From a virus, in the IMG/VR virus record IMGVR_UViG_3300045988_021171, positions 1 through 54,193 of that record: 54,193 bases of DNA. The stretch is one strand, 5' to 3'. The notes under the pieces were generated by a model. That model was not told where the DNA came from, made no database searches, and saw nothing but the letters and a program-made list of their open reading frames with translations. A program made the position numbers and the translations under genes. Below are positions 10,901 to 18,484 of this stretch, in pieces (the first letter of the stretch is position 1; every line of letters starts with the position of its first letter).

Positions 10901-11381
10901 CTCGTAGGGAACTAGCCATAGCTTCTGCACTTTGGGCTACGTCTCCTCCGGACACGGCCGCAAGGTCTAACGTACCCGGCATGGCGTTCATGATTTCATT
11001 TACAGTGAAGCCGGCTGATGCTAAGTTCTCCATACCCTGAGCAGCTTCTTTAGCACTGAACGCAGTCTTAGCACCTAATTGAATAGCTTGTTGTTTCATC
11101 TTGTCTAGCTCATTTCCAGTAGCACCGGCAATAGCTTGTACACGGGACATCTGAGCTTGAAACTCGTTACCTACCTTAACGGAAAGTCCAGCCATGGCTA
11201 ATAGGGGTAAGGTAACTGCTTTAGTCATCGTTTTCCCCATAGAGGCCATAGATGAACCAATTTGAAACGATTTCGAGGATTCAACGGCTAGTCGTTGGGC
11301 CTGACTTTGAGCTAAATTTAGCTGGGAGGTAAAGTTGGAGATATCTAATGTCATCTTTGCGGCAATAGTACCTAAATCCAT
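7935..11381 (-). CDS. Tail tape measure protein
   Basis: 1148 aa and the largest helical ORF, lying directly after the chaperone pair. It has central hydrophobic segments (VVIFGTMVAALGPLLLIFGTVITTIV) and long periodic helical repeats. Confidence 0.9.
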   Translation of the reverse strand: MDLGTIAAKMTLDISNFTSQLNLAQSQAQRLAVESSKSFQIGSSMASMGKTMTKAVTLPLLAMAGLSVKVGNEFQAQMSRVQAIAGATGNELDKMKQQAIQLGAKTAFSAKEAAQGMENLASAGFTVNEIMNAMPGTLDLAAVSGGDVAQSAEAMASSLRAFGLEANQAGHVADVFARAAADTNAETVDMAEAMKYVAPVAHSMGLSLEETAASIGIMADAGIKGSQAGTTLRGALSRIAKPTKAMKASMDELGVSFYDANGKMVPLREQIGQLKKATAGLTQEERNRHLVTLYGQQSLSGMLALLDAGPEKLDKMTNSLINSDGAAREMAATMQDNLASKIEQMGGAFESAAIIIQQILEPALSKLVGWITKLIEGFVNMSPLGQKMVVIFGTMVAALGPLLLIFGTVITTIVKVKTAIQFLGAGFAGTMGTIAAVIGIIYALVAVFMIAYTKSETFRNFIDKLWPSIKNGLGVAAQWAAEKLKVLWEWLHQAGQKAKEFGQAIRDKIGEPLKHFSEKLGVAGDSIKGFIGGVLEKMGGAFGKIGGIASIAVSAITKFGLAFLGITGPIGLAISLVVSFLSAWAKTGNLNADGIRQVFDNLSTTIQNVADAISKYLPQFVQKGTEILVKIIEGITKAIPQITQTISQVITAITQTLVSVLPQLVSAGMQILTTLIQGITQALPQIVQATVQIITTLLNGLIQALPQLIQAGIQIIQALIGAIVQALPSIIEAAIQIMTALIQGIVQTLPTLIEAGIQIIMALIQAIVDNLPQIIEAGIQILTALIQGLIQVIPQLIEAAIQILTALLEAFINALPQLVDAGVQLLTSLLQGIISVLPQLIQGAIQILASLLSTILSHLPQLLQAGVQLLTSLVSGILSVLGSLLSTVGSMMGQMISKIGSFVGQMLSSGAKLLTSFISGIAGKIGSVVSKIGSMGSQMLSKVGSFVGQMASAGKNLVMGFVNGITGAIGAAANAAANMAKSAWNAAKSFLGIKSPSRKMMKIGKYTGEGFGLGITNMIRTVRDNAREMAEAVSDALSDITMDVQDSGIVDKVKDIYDHVMDQVPDELKGPQLGLVESAATAPTVDLYKINQRPTDSNEPKDGGESSGGNITIGTIIVRSNDDVDKLSRGLYNKSKETLSGMGNIVTP
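8742..9533 (-). repeat. 12 tandem 66-bp (22-aa) coding repeats inside the tape measure gene
   Basis: The (L/I)P motif recurs at residues 617, 639, 661 and so on to 859, with an exact 22-aa period (for example LPQLIEAGIQILTALIQGLIQV). Confidence 0.85.
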
Positions 11382-11406
11382 TTAAACTCCTTTCATCAAT
11401 AAAATA

Positions 11407-11430
11407 AGGGTGACCGAAAAGGTTCACCCT
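11407..11430 (-). other. Stem-loop between the tail chaperone ORFs and the tape measure gene
   Basis: agggtgacc-gaaaa-ggttcaccct, a 9-bp stem with one bulge. On the minus strand it is followed by tattttatt. It may be an attenuator or an mRNA-stability element. Confidence 0.3.
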
Positions 11431-11672
11431 AGTAACGTTTGAAGACCCGGATTGCTCTTTTCATCTTCCGGATACCGAGGTTGTTTATCGTCGGCTAAGT
11501 ATCTAATATAGGCGACTGCCGCAGTATCGAAACAATATTTTCCAATATCGGTTTGAAACCCAGCAACCTCGCTAGGACGGATATGAAATTCGCTAGCCAC
11601 TGCTATAACATTAGTCATTTCCCTCGACATTACGAAAGGATTCAGCTTCTCGAACTTCTCCGTACATAGCAC
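11424..11672 (-). CDS. Tail assembly chaperone, frameshift-extension ORF (gpT-like)
   Basis: An 82-codon ORF overlaps the 3' end of the gpG-like ORF by 62 nt in the +1 frame and ends just before the TMP gene. This is the position of the conserved G/GT chaperone pair. Confidence 0.5.
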   Translation of the reverse strand: MLCTEKFEKLNPFVMSREMTNVIAVASEFHIRPSEVAGFQTDIGKYCFDTAAVAYIRYLADDKQPRYPEDEKSNPGLQTLLG

Positions 11673-12072
11673 TGAAAATGGTCATCAACTGCTCATCCGT
11701 TAGGTACTCACCTACTTCTGCGTATGTAGGTTGAACCATTGAAGCTTCTGCGAATACTCGAAGAAGTTCAGCCATATCCTTCACACCGGAATCAGATGAA
11801 CTAAGTTTAGCTAACGCTTGTTTCTTAACTTCATCTGTAATTCCTGCGGTAACGTCAGTAGCTGATCCCGCTTTATTATCCTCACCGAAAAGTTCAGTTA
11901 CCTTACCTAACAATGTATTAGGGATACGCCCATTAGCGAGTAAGGCCATGATACCCGTGGTTCGGATTTGAATGTGAATAGGTTCGTCCTTTGGAGTAAA
12001 TCCAGGAATCTGGATAATCTGGAACGAACGATTCTTAAATTCTTCTGCGGTGATAATCTTAACTGATGTCAT
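11611..12072 (-). CDS. Tail assembly chaperone (gpG-like)
   Basis: 153 aa, acidic, lying between the major tail protein and the TMP. Its 3' end is overlapped by a second ORF. Confidence 0.6.
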   Translation of the reverse strand: MTSVKIITAEEFKNRSFQIIQIPGFTPKDEPIHIQIRTTGIMALLANGRIPNTLLGKVTELFGEDNKAGSATDVTAGITDEVKKQALAKLSSSDSGVKDMAELLRVFAEASMVQPTYAEVGEYLTDEQLMTIFSAMYGEVREAESFRNVEGND

Positions 12073-12093
12073 AGTAGTTGTCCTCCTTTAAAT

Positions 12094-12879
12094 CTAGTCG
12101 CCGTATTGGGCTACTAGTGTAATATCGCGGTCTGGTACATTCATAGTATCGAAGTCCCAAACAGTTGAATCACCTAATACTTTCCATCCCTTGAACGCTT
12201 TACCACTTGGTCCAGTAGGATCAGCTGGTTTAGGTGTAATCTTCTTACCTGTTTCGATTCGAAGTGCGTCAGCGGTACCTGTACCACCGTTCAAGTCGAA
12301 TGAAATTGTACGAAGTACAGCAGGTAATTCAGCTACATATTCCATACCCTTAATAGGTAATCCAGCCTTAGTAGCTTCACGAGCCTTGATTGTAAACTCA
12401 GGTGCGTAGAACTCTTTACCAACGTTCATACCAGGTGCTGTACCTGTACAGTTGTTAAGCGTCAATTTCACGTAGTTTACAATTGAATCCCCTACGTAGT
12501 TAGGGATATACAAGGTCATCCGGAACGGTTTCATATTAGCGGCACCTGAGGCCAACATAGGTGAATCGTATCCAGAAATAGCTCCACCCTGACGACGGAC
12601 TGTACCACCTTCAATCAAAGCCATTACTTCTGGGTCGAATGTATTGTCTTTAAATGTGAGGTTATATCCGTACAAAAGGTCTGGAGTACGTACAATAGCT
12701 AAAATACGAGTATCGTTACGTTTAAGGTCTTCAGTACCTTCAGATGTAACGGCCTCGAGTTCAGCAGTTTCTGCCGTATCCATTGCGAACTTAACTCCAC
12801 CAACTTTAGGAAGCTGAGTTTTAGGGTCAAGTTCTTCAATTTCTACGTACTTAATCCCGTAAAGAATGTCTTTACTCAT
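12094..12879 (-). CDS. Major tail (tube) protein with C-terminal Listeria-Bacteroides-type repeat domain
   Basis: 261 aa with a strong RBS (aaaggagg), located upstream of the chaperones. The C-terminus ISFDLNGGTGT...ITPKPADPTGPSGKAFKGWKV...WDFDTMNVPDRDITLVAQY matches the Flg_new/List-Bact repeat pattern. Confidence 0.7.
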   Translation of the reverse strand: MSKDILYGIKYVEIEELDPKTQLPKVGGVKFAMDTAETAELEAVTSEGTEDLKRNDTRILAIVRTPDLLYGYNLTFKDNTFDPEVMALIEGGTVRRQGGAISGYDSPMLASGAANMKPFRMTLYIPNYVGDSIVNYVKLTLNNCTGTAPGMNVGKEFYAPEFTIKAREATKAGLPIKGMEYVAELPAVLRTISFDLNGGTGTADALRIETGKKITPKPADPTGPSGKAFKGWKVLGDSTVWDFDTMNVPDRDITLVAQYGD

Positions 12880-13266
12880 TTATGCAATTCCTCCTTGCGG
12901 TATTCGGTATTCAATTTCCATTCTATGACGCTCTAAAGTGACGTCATAATAGTCACCTGTCTCGGCGTACGTAATTTCGTATCCCATCTCATTGATAAGT
13001 TTTCGAACCTGTACCCCGTACTGGTCAATTGGAATAATTGAATTTGCGTGAACGTAAATTTTAACCTTCCAATAGGCAAAACTTCCTAAACGATTAGTTT
13101 GACTTGGTAGTCGGTGACTGTATGCTAATACGATATAGTCATCCGGCCGTTCTTCCTGCTCGTCTGGGATAGGGTTACCTAGACTTAAAAAGGTAGGAGG
13201 GGCAGCTGGTTGAAAAGTTGGAAGGATTTCTTTTAACCTGTCCATTATAGTAGTTCGTTTAGTCAT
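12880..13266 (-). CDS. Tail completion/terminator-like protein
   Basis: 128 aa, immediately upstream of the major tail gene. The call is positional only. Confidence 0.4.
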   Translation of the reverse strand: MTKRTTIMDRLKEILPTFQPAAPPTFLSLGNPIPDEQEERPDDYIVLAYSHRLPSQTNRLGSFAYWKVKIYVHANSIIPIDQYGVQVRKLINEMGYEITYAETGDYYDVTLERHRMEIEYRIPQGGIA

Positions 13267-13274
13267 ACTATCTC

Positions 13275-13622
13275 CTAACTTAATAATCTTCTTAATGAGC
13301 GATAAAGCTCTTCGACGTTCTCCTCTATAGATTCCTCTAAGATTTTAAATCGTCTTTGATGCGCTAATTCTAGCCAGTAACCGTAGGACATATGATGGGC
13401 CACTACGATCATTACTTGGTCTTGGGTTACAAACCCCGCTGAACCCGCTAACTTTTGACGGGCGTTACCTGTACGGTCAGTCCACGGTGCGTTAGCTTTT
13501 GCGTAAGCTTCCATCTTAGTAGCCGCAATTTCCGCTAGTGTTAGAATTGACACTTCAATCTTACTGCGGTACTTAATGCACTCCGCTACAAAGGAATCTA
13601 CATCATAAACTAGTTCGGCCAT
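13275..13622 (-). CDS. Head-tail joining protein (HK97 gp10-like)
   Basis: 115 aa. The motif ANAPWTDRTGNARQKL is typical of the HK97 gp10 family, and the gene lies in the connector gene row. Confidence 0.6.
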   Translation of the reverse strand: MAELVYDVDSFVAECIKYRSKIEVSILTLAEIAATKMEAYAKANAPWTDRTGNARQKLAGSAGFVTQDQVMIVVAHHMSYGYWLELAHQRRFKILEESIEENVEELYRSLRRLLS

Positions 13623-14011
13623 TAGTTCTTAACCTCCAGTTTAACCTCGAGTAGAATGTTCTGCTCTAATATGTTATTAACTTCAGTAACTCGGTACTTC
13701 CGGTCGGATACTAGTATAGTAACTGTATCATCTCGCCGAATGTCTAATTCCTGTTCCCATAGAACCAATAACCTAATAGAGTTTTGCGATAATACTCGTC
13801 CTCCGTCACTTGCGTTAACGGATAGGTTCGGGGACGAAGCGTTGTCAAATACGCAACGTAAGTCACTGCGTACGATACCACCTTTAGTATCCCGCTTCCG
13901 TCCACCGTAACCGTCCGATACCCAGACATCTCTAGTAATAGTAACATGAGTAGGGGCGGTGTCTATAACACGACGAACCTGTGACCTAAAATAGTTCAAG
14001 TTATATGTCAT
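13622..14011 (-). CDS. Head closure / head-tail adaptor protein
   Basis: 129 aa in the connector gene row, with an ATGA-type overlap to its neighbours. The call rests on position and size. Confidence 0.45.
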   Translation of the reverse strand: MTYNLNYFRSQVRRVIDTAPTHVTITRDVWVSDGYGGRKRDTKGGIVRSDLRCVFDNASSPNLSVNASDGGRVLSQNSIRLLVLWEQELDIRRDDTVTILVSDRKYRVTEVNNILEQNILLEVKLEVKN

Positions 14012-14325
14012 GTACCGTCCGCCCTTCTCATTAAAATAGTGGACCCAGAACTAGCTTTAAATTCGGCTTCTTCCTGTTCGCGTTTGTACTCGTCAAAGAA
14101 TAACTGAGCCATACTCTTCCAGTAGTCAGCGTCACCTTGAAGCTTAATAGGTCCTAGTGTTACAGCATCATTTCGAGTATTCAAAAGGCAAATCTTGTAA
14201 CTTACATAAGCCACTGACTTATGTTGGTCAAGTAGAGCGGAAATTTGCTCATCAGTTAATGGATTTACCGAATTGACATTATCAGTATTAATTTTAACTA
14301 ATTCAATATCCGCTTCTTTAGCCAT
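14008..14325 (-). CDS. Head-tail connector protein (gp6/gp15-like)
   Basis: 105 aa, the first gene of the connector row. Positional call. Confidence 0.4.
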   Translation of the reverse strand: MAKEADIELVKINTDNVNSVNPLTDEQISALLDQHKSVAYVSYKICLLNTRNDAVTLGPIKLQGDADYWKSMAQLFFDEYKREQEEAEFKASSGSTILMRRADGT

Positions 14326-14326
14326 T

Positions 14327-14707
14327 TTACTCTCCTAACTCGTAGCGAATAAGTGAGTCAATGTACTCGCTTTTACGAGACAATGACGTAGTATCAATAC
14401 CATTGGATTCGGCCAGTTCTAAAAGTTCTCCGACTTTCATACCGGCGTACTCCTTACGCATAACTTCAATTTCCGCGTCACGTGCATCAAGTGGTGACGG
14501 GTCAGTTGGTTGAATTCCATTTGTATCATTTTGATATAAAGTCTCAACTGAACCCGCCTCTTTTACATGCTCTGCCTCCTGAATCGGGAAAGCGAAACCA
14601 CGTTGAATAAGTGAATCGGCTAAAGAATCTGGACACTCAAAAGTGGTACCTGCGTGAACTACCGAACCCTGTACAATTACAGAAGTAACTGATTTTAGAA
14701 CTGCCAT
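14327..14707 (-). CDS. Hypothetical head-module protein with C-terminal HeH/Rho-N-like motif
   Basis: 126 aa. The C-terminal MKVGELLELAESNGIDTTSLSRKSEYIDSLI resembles the Rho N-terminal/HeH helix-extension-helix motif often found after capsid genes. Confidence 0.35.
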   Translation of the reverse strand: MAVLKSVTSVIVQGSVVHAGTTFECPDSLADSLIQRGFAFPIQEAEHVKEAGSVETLYQNDTNGIQPTDPSPLDARDAEIEVMRKEYAGMKVGELLELAESNGIDTTSLSRKSEYIDSLIRYELGE

Positions 14708-14718
14708 ATCGAATCCTC

Positions 14719-15798
14719 CTAGTTCGTCTTAATTACACCTACGTAATCAATACCCTCGAATGATGGAATCATTACAGCAGATACTACGGTTACCACGTTA
14801 ACTGGATGAGTTTCCTTAAATGTAGTAATCGTAGGTCCTCCAGCGAGTACTTGAACTTGAGCGGCTGAGCCACCTGTAGACAAGTCGAACGCTTCTGGAG
14901 TAGTTCCGTACCATGTGTGACCTACTGGAGTAGGAGGTAGAAGTACTACGTTACCGTCATCAATTAGGCTAAATTGACGAATATTTCCATAGTCAGGAAG
15001 TTTGTCAGCTGAAGCGAATTGAGCAATCTTCTTGCTATATACTGCAATTTGAAGTTCAGTCTTAGCTGCTACAAATTGTTCAGCATCTGCAGGAAGGAGC
15101 ATCAAGTTCTTCCAGTCACCTTGTACACCCATAGCAAGAGCTTTCTTAATAGATTCACTTTTAACCATGTCATTGTAAGTCTTACGGTTTAGAATCATAC
15201 GAGTAGGACGTACACCTGTACGGTCTTCGATATCATCCATTGCCGCAAGAATGTCTTTCACTGGGTCAGAAGTAGTTGGGTCAGTCCAAACTGCCGCAGC
15301 GGTGTACTTCTGTTTTTGGTCCATATTGTAGTCATATGTGTATTGAGCTTCTGAGTTGGTAGATTTAACAGTAAATTTACCGTACTGAAGAAGTTGCATA
15401 CGCATATATTCAGCCTGTGCTTCTACACCGTCTACCAAGTTCTTAGTATCGTCGTAGAGTTGAGTGATGATTGGCTGAGCAAGTCCGACACTTTGTCCCA
15501 AAAGAAGTTGCAAGTTCTGACGGTCTTTTTCACCAAGTCGCATTGACTCACGGAAGAATGCCATCTCAGTTGCTTGTTTTTTGAACCCAGCACGTTCACG
15601 AATGCTAGCCTTAGCATCGTAGTTAGATGGTTGGATTGTTACTGGAAGGTTAGACCCACCTTTCAACCAGCTAATATCTGTACCAGTTTGTTGAGCGTTA
15701 GGGAACAATTGAGGTCCAATGTATTGTAATGCGTTAGAAGGCAAAGATTGAATATAGCTTGCCACCTCATTAGCATTTAAGTAGTCATAAATATTCAT
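14719..15798 (-). CDS. Major capsid protein
   Basis: 359 aa with a strong RBS (taggaggc), lying after the scaffold gene. The N-terminus (YDYLNANEVASYIQSLPSNALQYIGPQLFP) resembles gpE-type major capsid proteins. Confidence 0.85.
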   Translation of the reverse strand: MNIYDYLNANEVASYIQSLPSNALQYIGPQLFPNAQQTGTDISWLKGGSNLPVTIQPSNYDAKASIRERAGFKKQATEMAFFRESMRLGEKDRQNLQLLLGQSVGLAQPIITQLYDDTKNLVDGVEAQAEYMRMQLLQYGKFTVKSTNSEAQYTYDYNMDQKQKYTAAAVWTDPTTSDPVKDILAAMDDIEDRTGVRPTRMILNRKTYNDMVKSESIKKALAMGVQGDWKNLMLLPADAEQFVAAKTELQIAVYSKKIAQFASADKLPDYGNIRQFSLIDDGNVVLLPPTPVGHTWYGTTPEAFDLSTGGSAAQVQVLAGGPTITTFKETHPVNVVTVVSAVMIPSFEGIDYVGVIKTN

Positions 15799-15809
15799 TT
15801 ATTAGCCTC

Positions 15810-16187
15810 CTATTTTACAACTAAAATCATAGCGTTCTTAGAAGTAGGTACTGCTCCTCCTACTTTTTGCAACGCAGCGTATTTAACGAATCCGTGAACA
15901 AGAACTGTAACAGTTACATTGTCTTCACCTGGATAAACTTCTTGGTCTGTAAAGATTACACCGTCAAATTGTTCACTTGCTTGAGTAACCTGAAGACCTG
16001 TTGAACGACCATCAAGTGTAGTCGCATTAGTAACAGTAGTACCCGCTAAGATATATTTCTTACCGTTTACTTCAGTAGCGGCGGACGCTGGAATTTGAGC
16101 TGAAAAAGCTACATAATGGTCCGGAATTGCTACAATACTGCGAGTGGTCTGATTTAAATCAGTAGTTTTTACACGCACATTTGGCAT
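15810..16187 (-). CDS. Small head protein (decoration-like)
   Basis: 125 aa, beta-rich, lying between the scaffold and major capsid genes. RBS aggagga. Confidence 0.35.
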   Translation of the reverse strand: MPNVRVKTTDLNQTTRSIVAIPDHYVAFSAQIPASAATEVNGKKYILAGTTVTNATTLDGRSTGLQVTQASEQFDGVIFTDQEVYPGEDNVTVTVLVHGFVKYAALQKVGGAVPTSKNAMILVVK

Positions 16188-16201
16188 GAGCTTTCCTCCT
16201 A

Positions 16202-16879
16202 TTATTTAAAGAATGAATTGGTTTCTTGATTGCCGGTTTGGACTTTGCCCACCGCGGCAGCCAGTTGCTTACCAAAGGCCCCTACCTCTTTTGGAGGAGT
16301 AGGACTAGAACCTAATCGTCCAGAATTACCAGGGTTACCGGTGCCAGCCTTACCCTGTTCCGGTGAACCTTCCGATTCCGGTTCAGGTTCTACTTCTTTG
16401 AATAAGTACTTCTTAGACTCCTGCACTGCTTTTAGTTGCTCTTCTAAACCTTCTACCTTACCATCTTCGTTGACAGTAATTTTAGATAAGTCCATGAACC
16501 CTAAAATGTCAGATGCAGGAGCAATGGAGTTCTGAATCAATGGTGTCAACCGTGACTCTAAAATAGCATTCTTAGCTAACGCTGATTGAGCTTCTAGTTT
16601 CTGCGTAAGTGTCTGAATCGTAGCCTGCGCATCGCTATTATCTTCCACCTGTTTAGCTAGCTTCTCTAGTTGCTCTTTTTGTTCAGTTACTGAACTGTTA
16701 GCAGAATCCCGCTGACGAACAACTTCGTCGAACCTAGCATGTGGAACGAAGTGTTCCCCGTCCCCGTCAATGAATACTTTAGCATCTAATTCTTTCGAAT
16801 TATTTTTAATAGTATCCTCAACCTGCTTTACCGTTGCATCATCAAGTCCTTTTAGAAGGTCTTTCAGTTGATACGCCAT
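16202..16879 (-). CDS. Capsid scaffolding protein
   Basis: The start is moved to the ATG at 16879 (MAYQLKDLL), which is preceded by caggaggaaagaaaat. The protein is 225 aa, highly helical and charged (QKEQLEKLAKQVEDNSDAQATIQTLTQKLEAQ), and lies upstream of the capsid gene. Confidence 0.65.
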   Translation of the reverse strand: MAYQLKDLLKGLDDATVKQVEDTIKNNSKELDAKVFIDGDGEHFVPHARFDEVVRQRDSANSSVTEQKEQLEKLAKQVEDNSDAQATIQTLTQKLEAQSALAKNAILESRLTPLIQNSIAPASDILGFMDLSKITVNEDGKVEGLEEQLKAVQESKKYLFKEVEPEPESEGSPEQGKAGTGNPGNSGRLGSSPTPPKEVGAFGKQLAAAVGKVQTGNQETNSFFK

Positions 16880-16984
16880 ATTTTCTTTCCTCCTGAGTTT
16901 ACGCCCTCCGGCTGAATCTTCTGTTTTGAATTGGAACAGTGAAACCAAGTTCGAGCCATTAAGGTGGCAAGTCCTCTCTTACAT

Positions 16985-17013
16985 ATTATAACACAAATAA
17001 ATACCATTCGGAA
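16985..17013 (-). promoter_or_regulatory. Sigma-A-like promoter for the scaffold/capsid operon
   Basis: Minus strand: TTCCGA, a 17-nt spacer, then TATAAT (preceded by tgtgt). It lies downstream of a terminator and upstream of the scaffold RBS. Confidence 0.4.
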
Positions 17014-17052
17014 AAAGGGTTCGAAAACTCATGTAGACTATTTATAGACTAT

Positions 17053-17080
17053 AAAAAGAGATTCGAAAGTTTCGAACCTC
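17053..17080 (-). terminator. Rho-independent terminator after the minor head protein gene
   Basis: Minus strand: GAGGTTCGAAA-c-TTTCGAATCTC followed by TTTTT. It overlaps the stop codon at 17080. Confidence 0.6.
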
Positions 17081-18072
17081 TAATAACTTTTAACAAAATC
17101 AATATCACTCGCATTGTAGTGGGTAGGATTGTTCAGTTCACTGTACCAACTATCTAATTCTTCATTAGGTTCACCGTGTACCCATGCCCTTAGTTCATCC
17201 GCGATATCGTCCATAGACTTATCGTACCAGATAGTTTGGTAACACATTCCATTCGGATGGTCGAAAGGACATTCTTCTATAGGAAAGATTTCTCCGTCTA
17301 GGTCTATACAAGCCTGACAAGTTCTTCCCGGCGCGTGTACTGAATGCCACTGAACATATTTACAGAAAGGATTCACTTTACCCCAAGACCTAACTCCGGC
17401 AGTAGCTGAATGACTAATGGTAGTTCTAGCTAATCTTAAAGCATTGTACTCTAGGTTCTGATACTTTCTAGCAGTAGTAGGACCAAGTGTTTCGGAAATC
17501 TTTTCAGCGTTCCATACTTTGCGAGCAGCTGGATTAACATACTGTTCTAACATCTTAGACATATCTACTGCGCTCATCCCACTAGCCAGTCCACGAGTAA
17601 CTACTTCTTGAATATCGTTACCCGCTTTAGAGGCTACTGACCAGATACGTTTAGATAAGTTCTTACCGTCCTTGTAAATTTCACCTTTAACGACAGCTTC
17701 TGCGGCTAGTTTAGAATAGACAAGGGAAATACCACGAAGAACTCGTTCGAAATCTTTTGCAGTACTTTGTCCATCTTCTCCTAATAGAGCTAAAGTATGT
17801 AGTAGTTGTCCGTCCAGTACATTCTTAGCGGCTTTACGGGAGTAGGTAGTCACTAGTTCAAGTAAAACTGAATACAAATCATACGCATAATCTTTATAGA
17901 TTCGTTTAGGTAAGTATCCAGTTCTTGACTTTTCTAGCTTACTAATCAAGTCCTTGGTTGCGTCATTGAACGCTTTCAGTACTGCCGTTTCCTGTTCCAG
18001 GTTCAGTTTCACTGTCCTCTGATGAATTGCCTTTTCCCAACTCGACAAGTAAGAATTCTTTTTCGCGTTCAC
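17080..18072 (-). CDS. Minor head / head morphogenesis protein (SPP1 gp7 / Mu F-like)
   Basis: 330 aa with a GTG start and RBS aaggag 10 nt upstream. The C-terminal CQACIDLDGEIFPIEECPFDHPNGMC motif is typical of gp7/F-like proteins, and the gene follows the portal region. Confidence 0.8.
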   Translation of the reverse strand: MNAKKNSYLSSWEKAIHQRTVKLNLEQETAVLKAFNDATKDLISKLEKSRTGYLPKRIYKDYAYDLYSVLLELVTTYSRKAAKNVLDGQLLHTLALLGEDGQSTAKDFERVLRGISLVYSKLAAEAVVKGEIYKDGKNLSKRIWSVASKAGNDIQEVVTRGLASGMSAVDMSKMLEQYVNPAARKVWNAEKISETLGPTTARKYQNLEYNALRLARTTISHSATAGVRSWGKVNPFCKYVQWHSVHAPGRTCQACIDLDGEIFPIEECPFDHPNGMCYQTIWYDKSMDDIADELRAWVHGEPNEELDSWYSELNNPTHYNASDIDFVKSY

Positions 18073-18484
18073 TAATATTCAACTCCTTCTTCAGTTTACG
18101 TGTCAGACCTTGAATCTTTGTAGCCGCATGTTCGTCCTGAATACGAATAGCATGGTAACGATTTTGATTCATGTTCGAACCTTTATCTAATTCGTTTTTA
18201 ATTTGTCGGCGGTAAGTGTTGCGGTCACGGATGAGGTCATTGACTGTCTTGTTACCAATGAACGTAGTGTAACGCATCCGACAGTTCGGACATTCGAAGA
18301 AACGCCAATCGTACACCTTGTCAATCTTAGTATCATGAATGTCCTTTTGATGTAGTTCGAACTTATGTTCACAATAGTCACAGTTGACTTTAAATGTCTC
18401 GTTCGACATCTTCTCCGTCATGTTCGTCTTTGTGTTCCGGACCGCTTGCTTCTTCATTTGTTTCTTCCGGGCGTTCTTGTTCAT
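17963..18484 (-). CDS. Zinc-ribbon protein overlapping both the portal 3' end and the minor-head 5' end
   Basis: The ORF carries CDYCEHK...CPNCRM (a CxxC...CxxC ribbon) and a basic N-terminus. The ATG at 18484 has RBS aggaga 7 nt upstream, with an alternative ATG at 18409. It overlaps its neighbours by about 95 and 110 nt. Confidence 0.45.
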   Translation of the reverse strand: MNKNARKKQMKKQAVRNTKTNMTEKMSNETFKVNCDYCEHKFELHQKDIHDTKIDKVYDWRFFECPNCRMRYTTFIGNKTVNDLIRDRNTYRRQIKNELDKGSNMNQNRYHAIRIQDEHAATKIQGLTRKLKKELNISEREKEFLLVELGKGNSSEDSETEPGTGNGSTESVQ

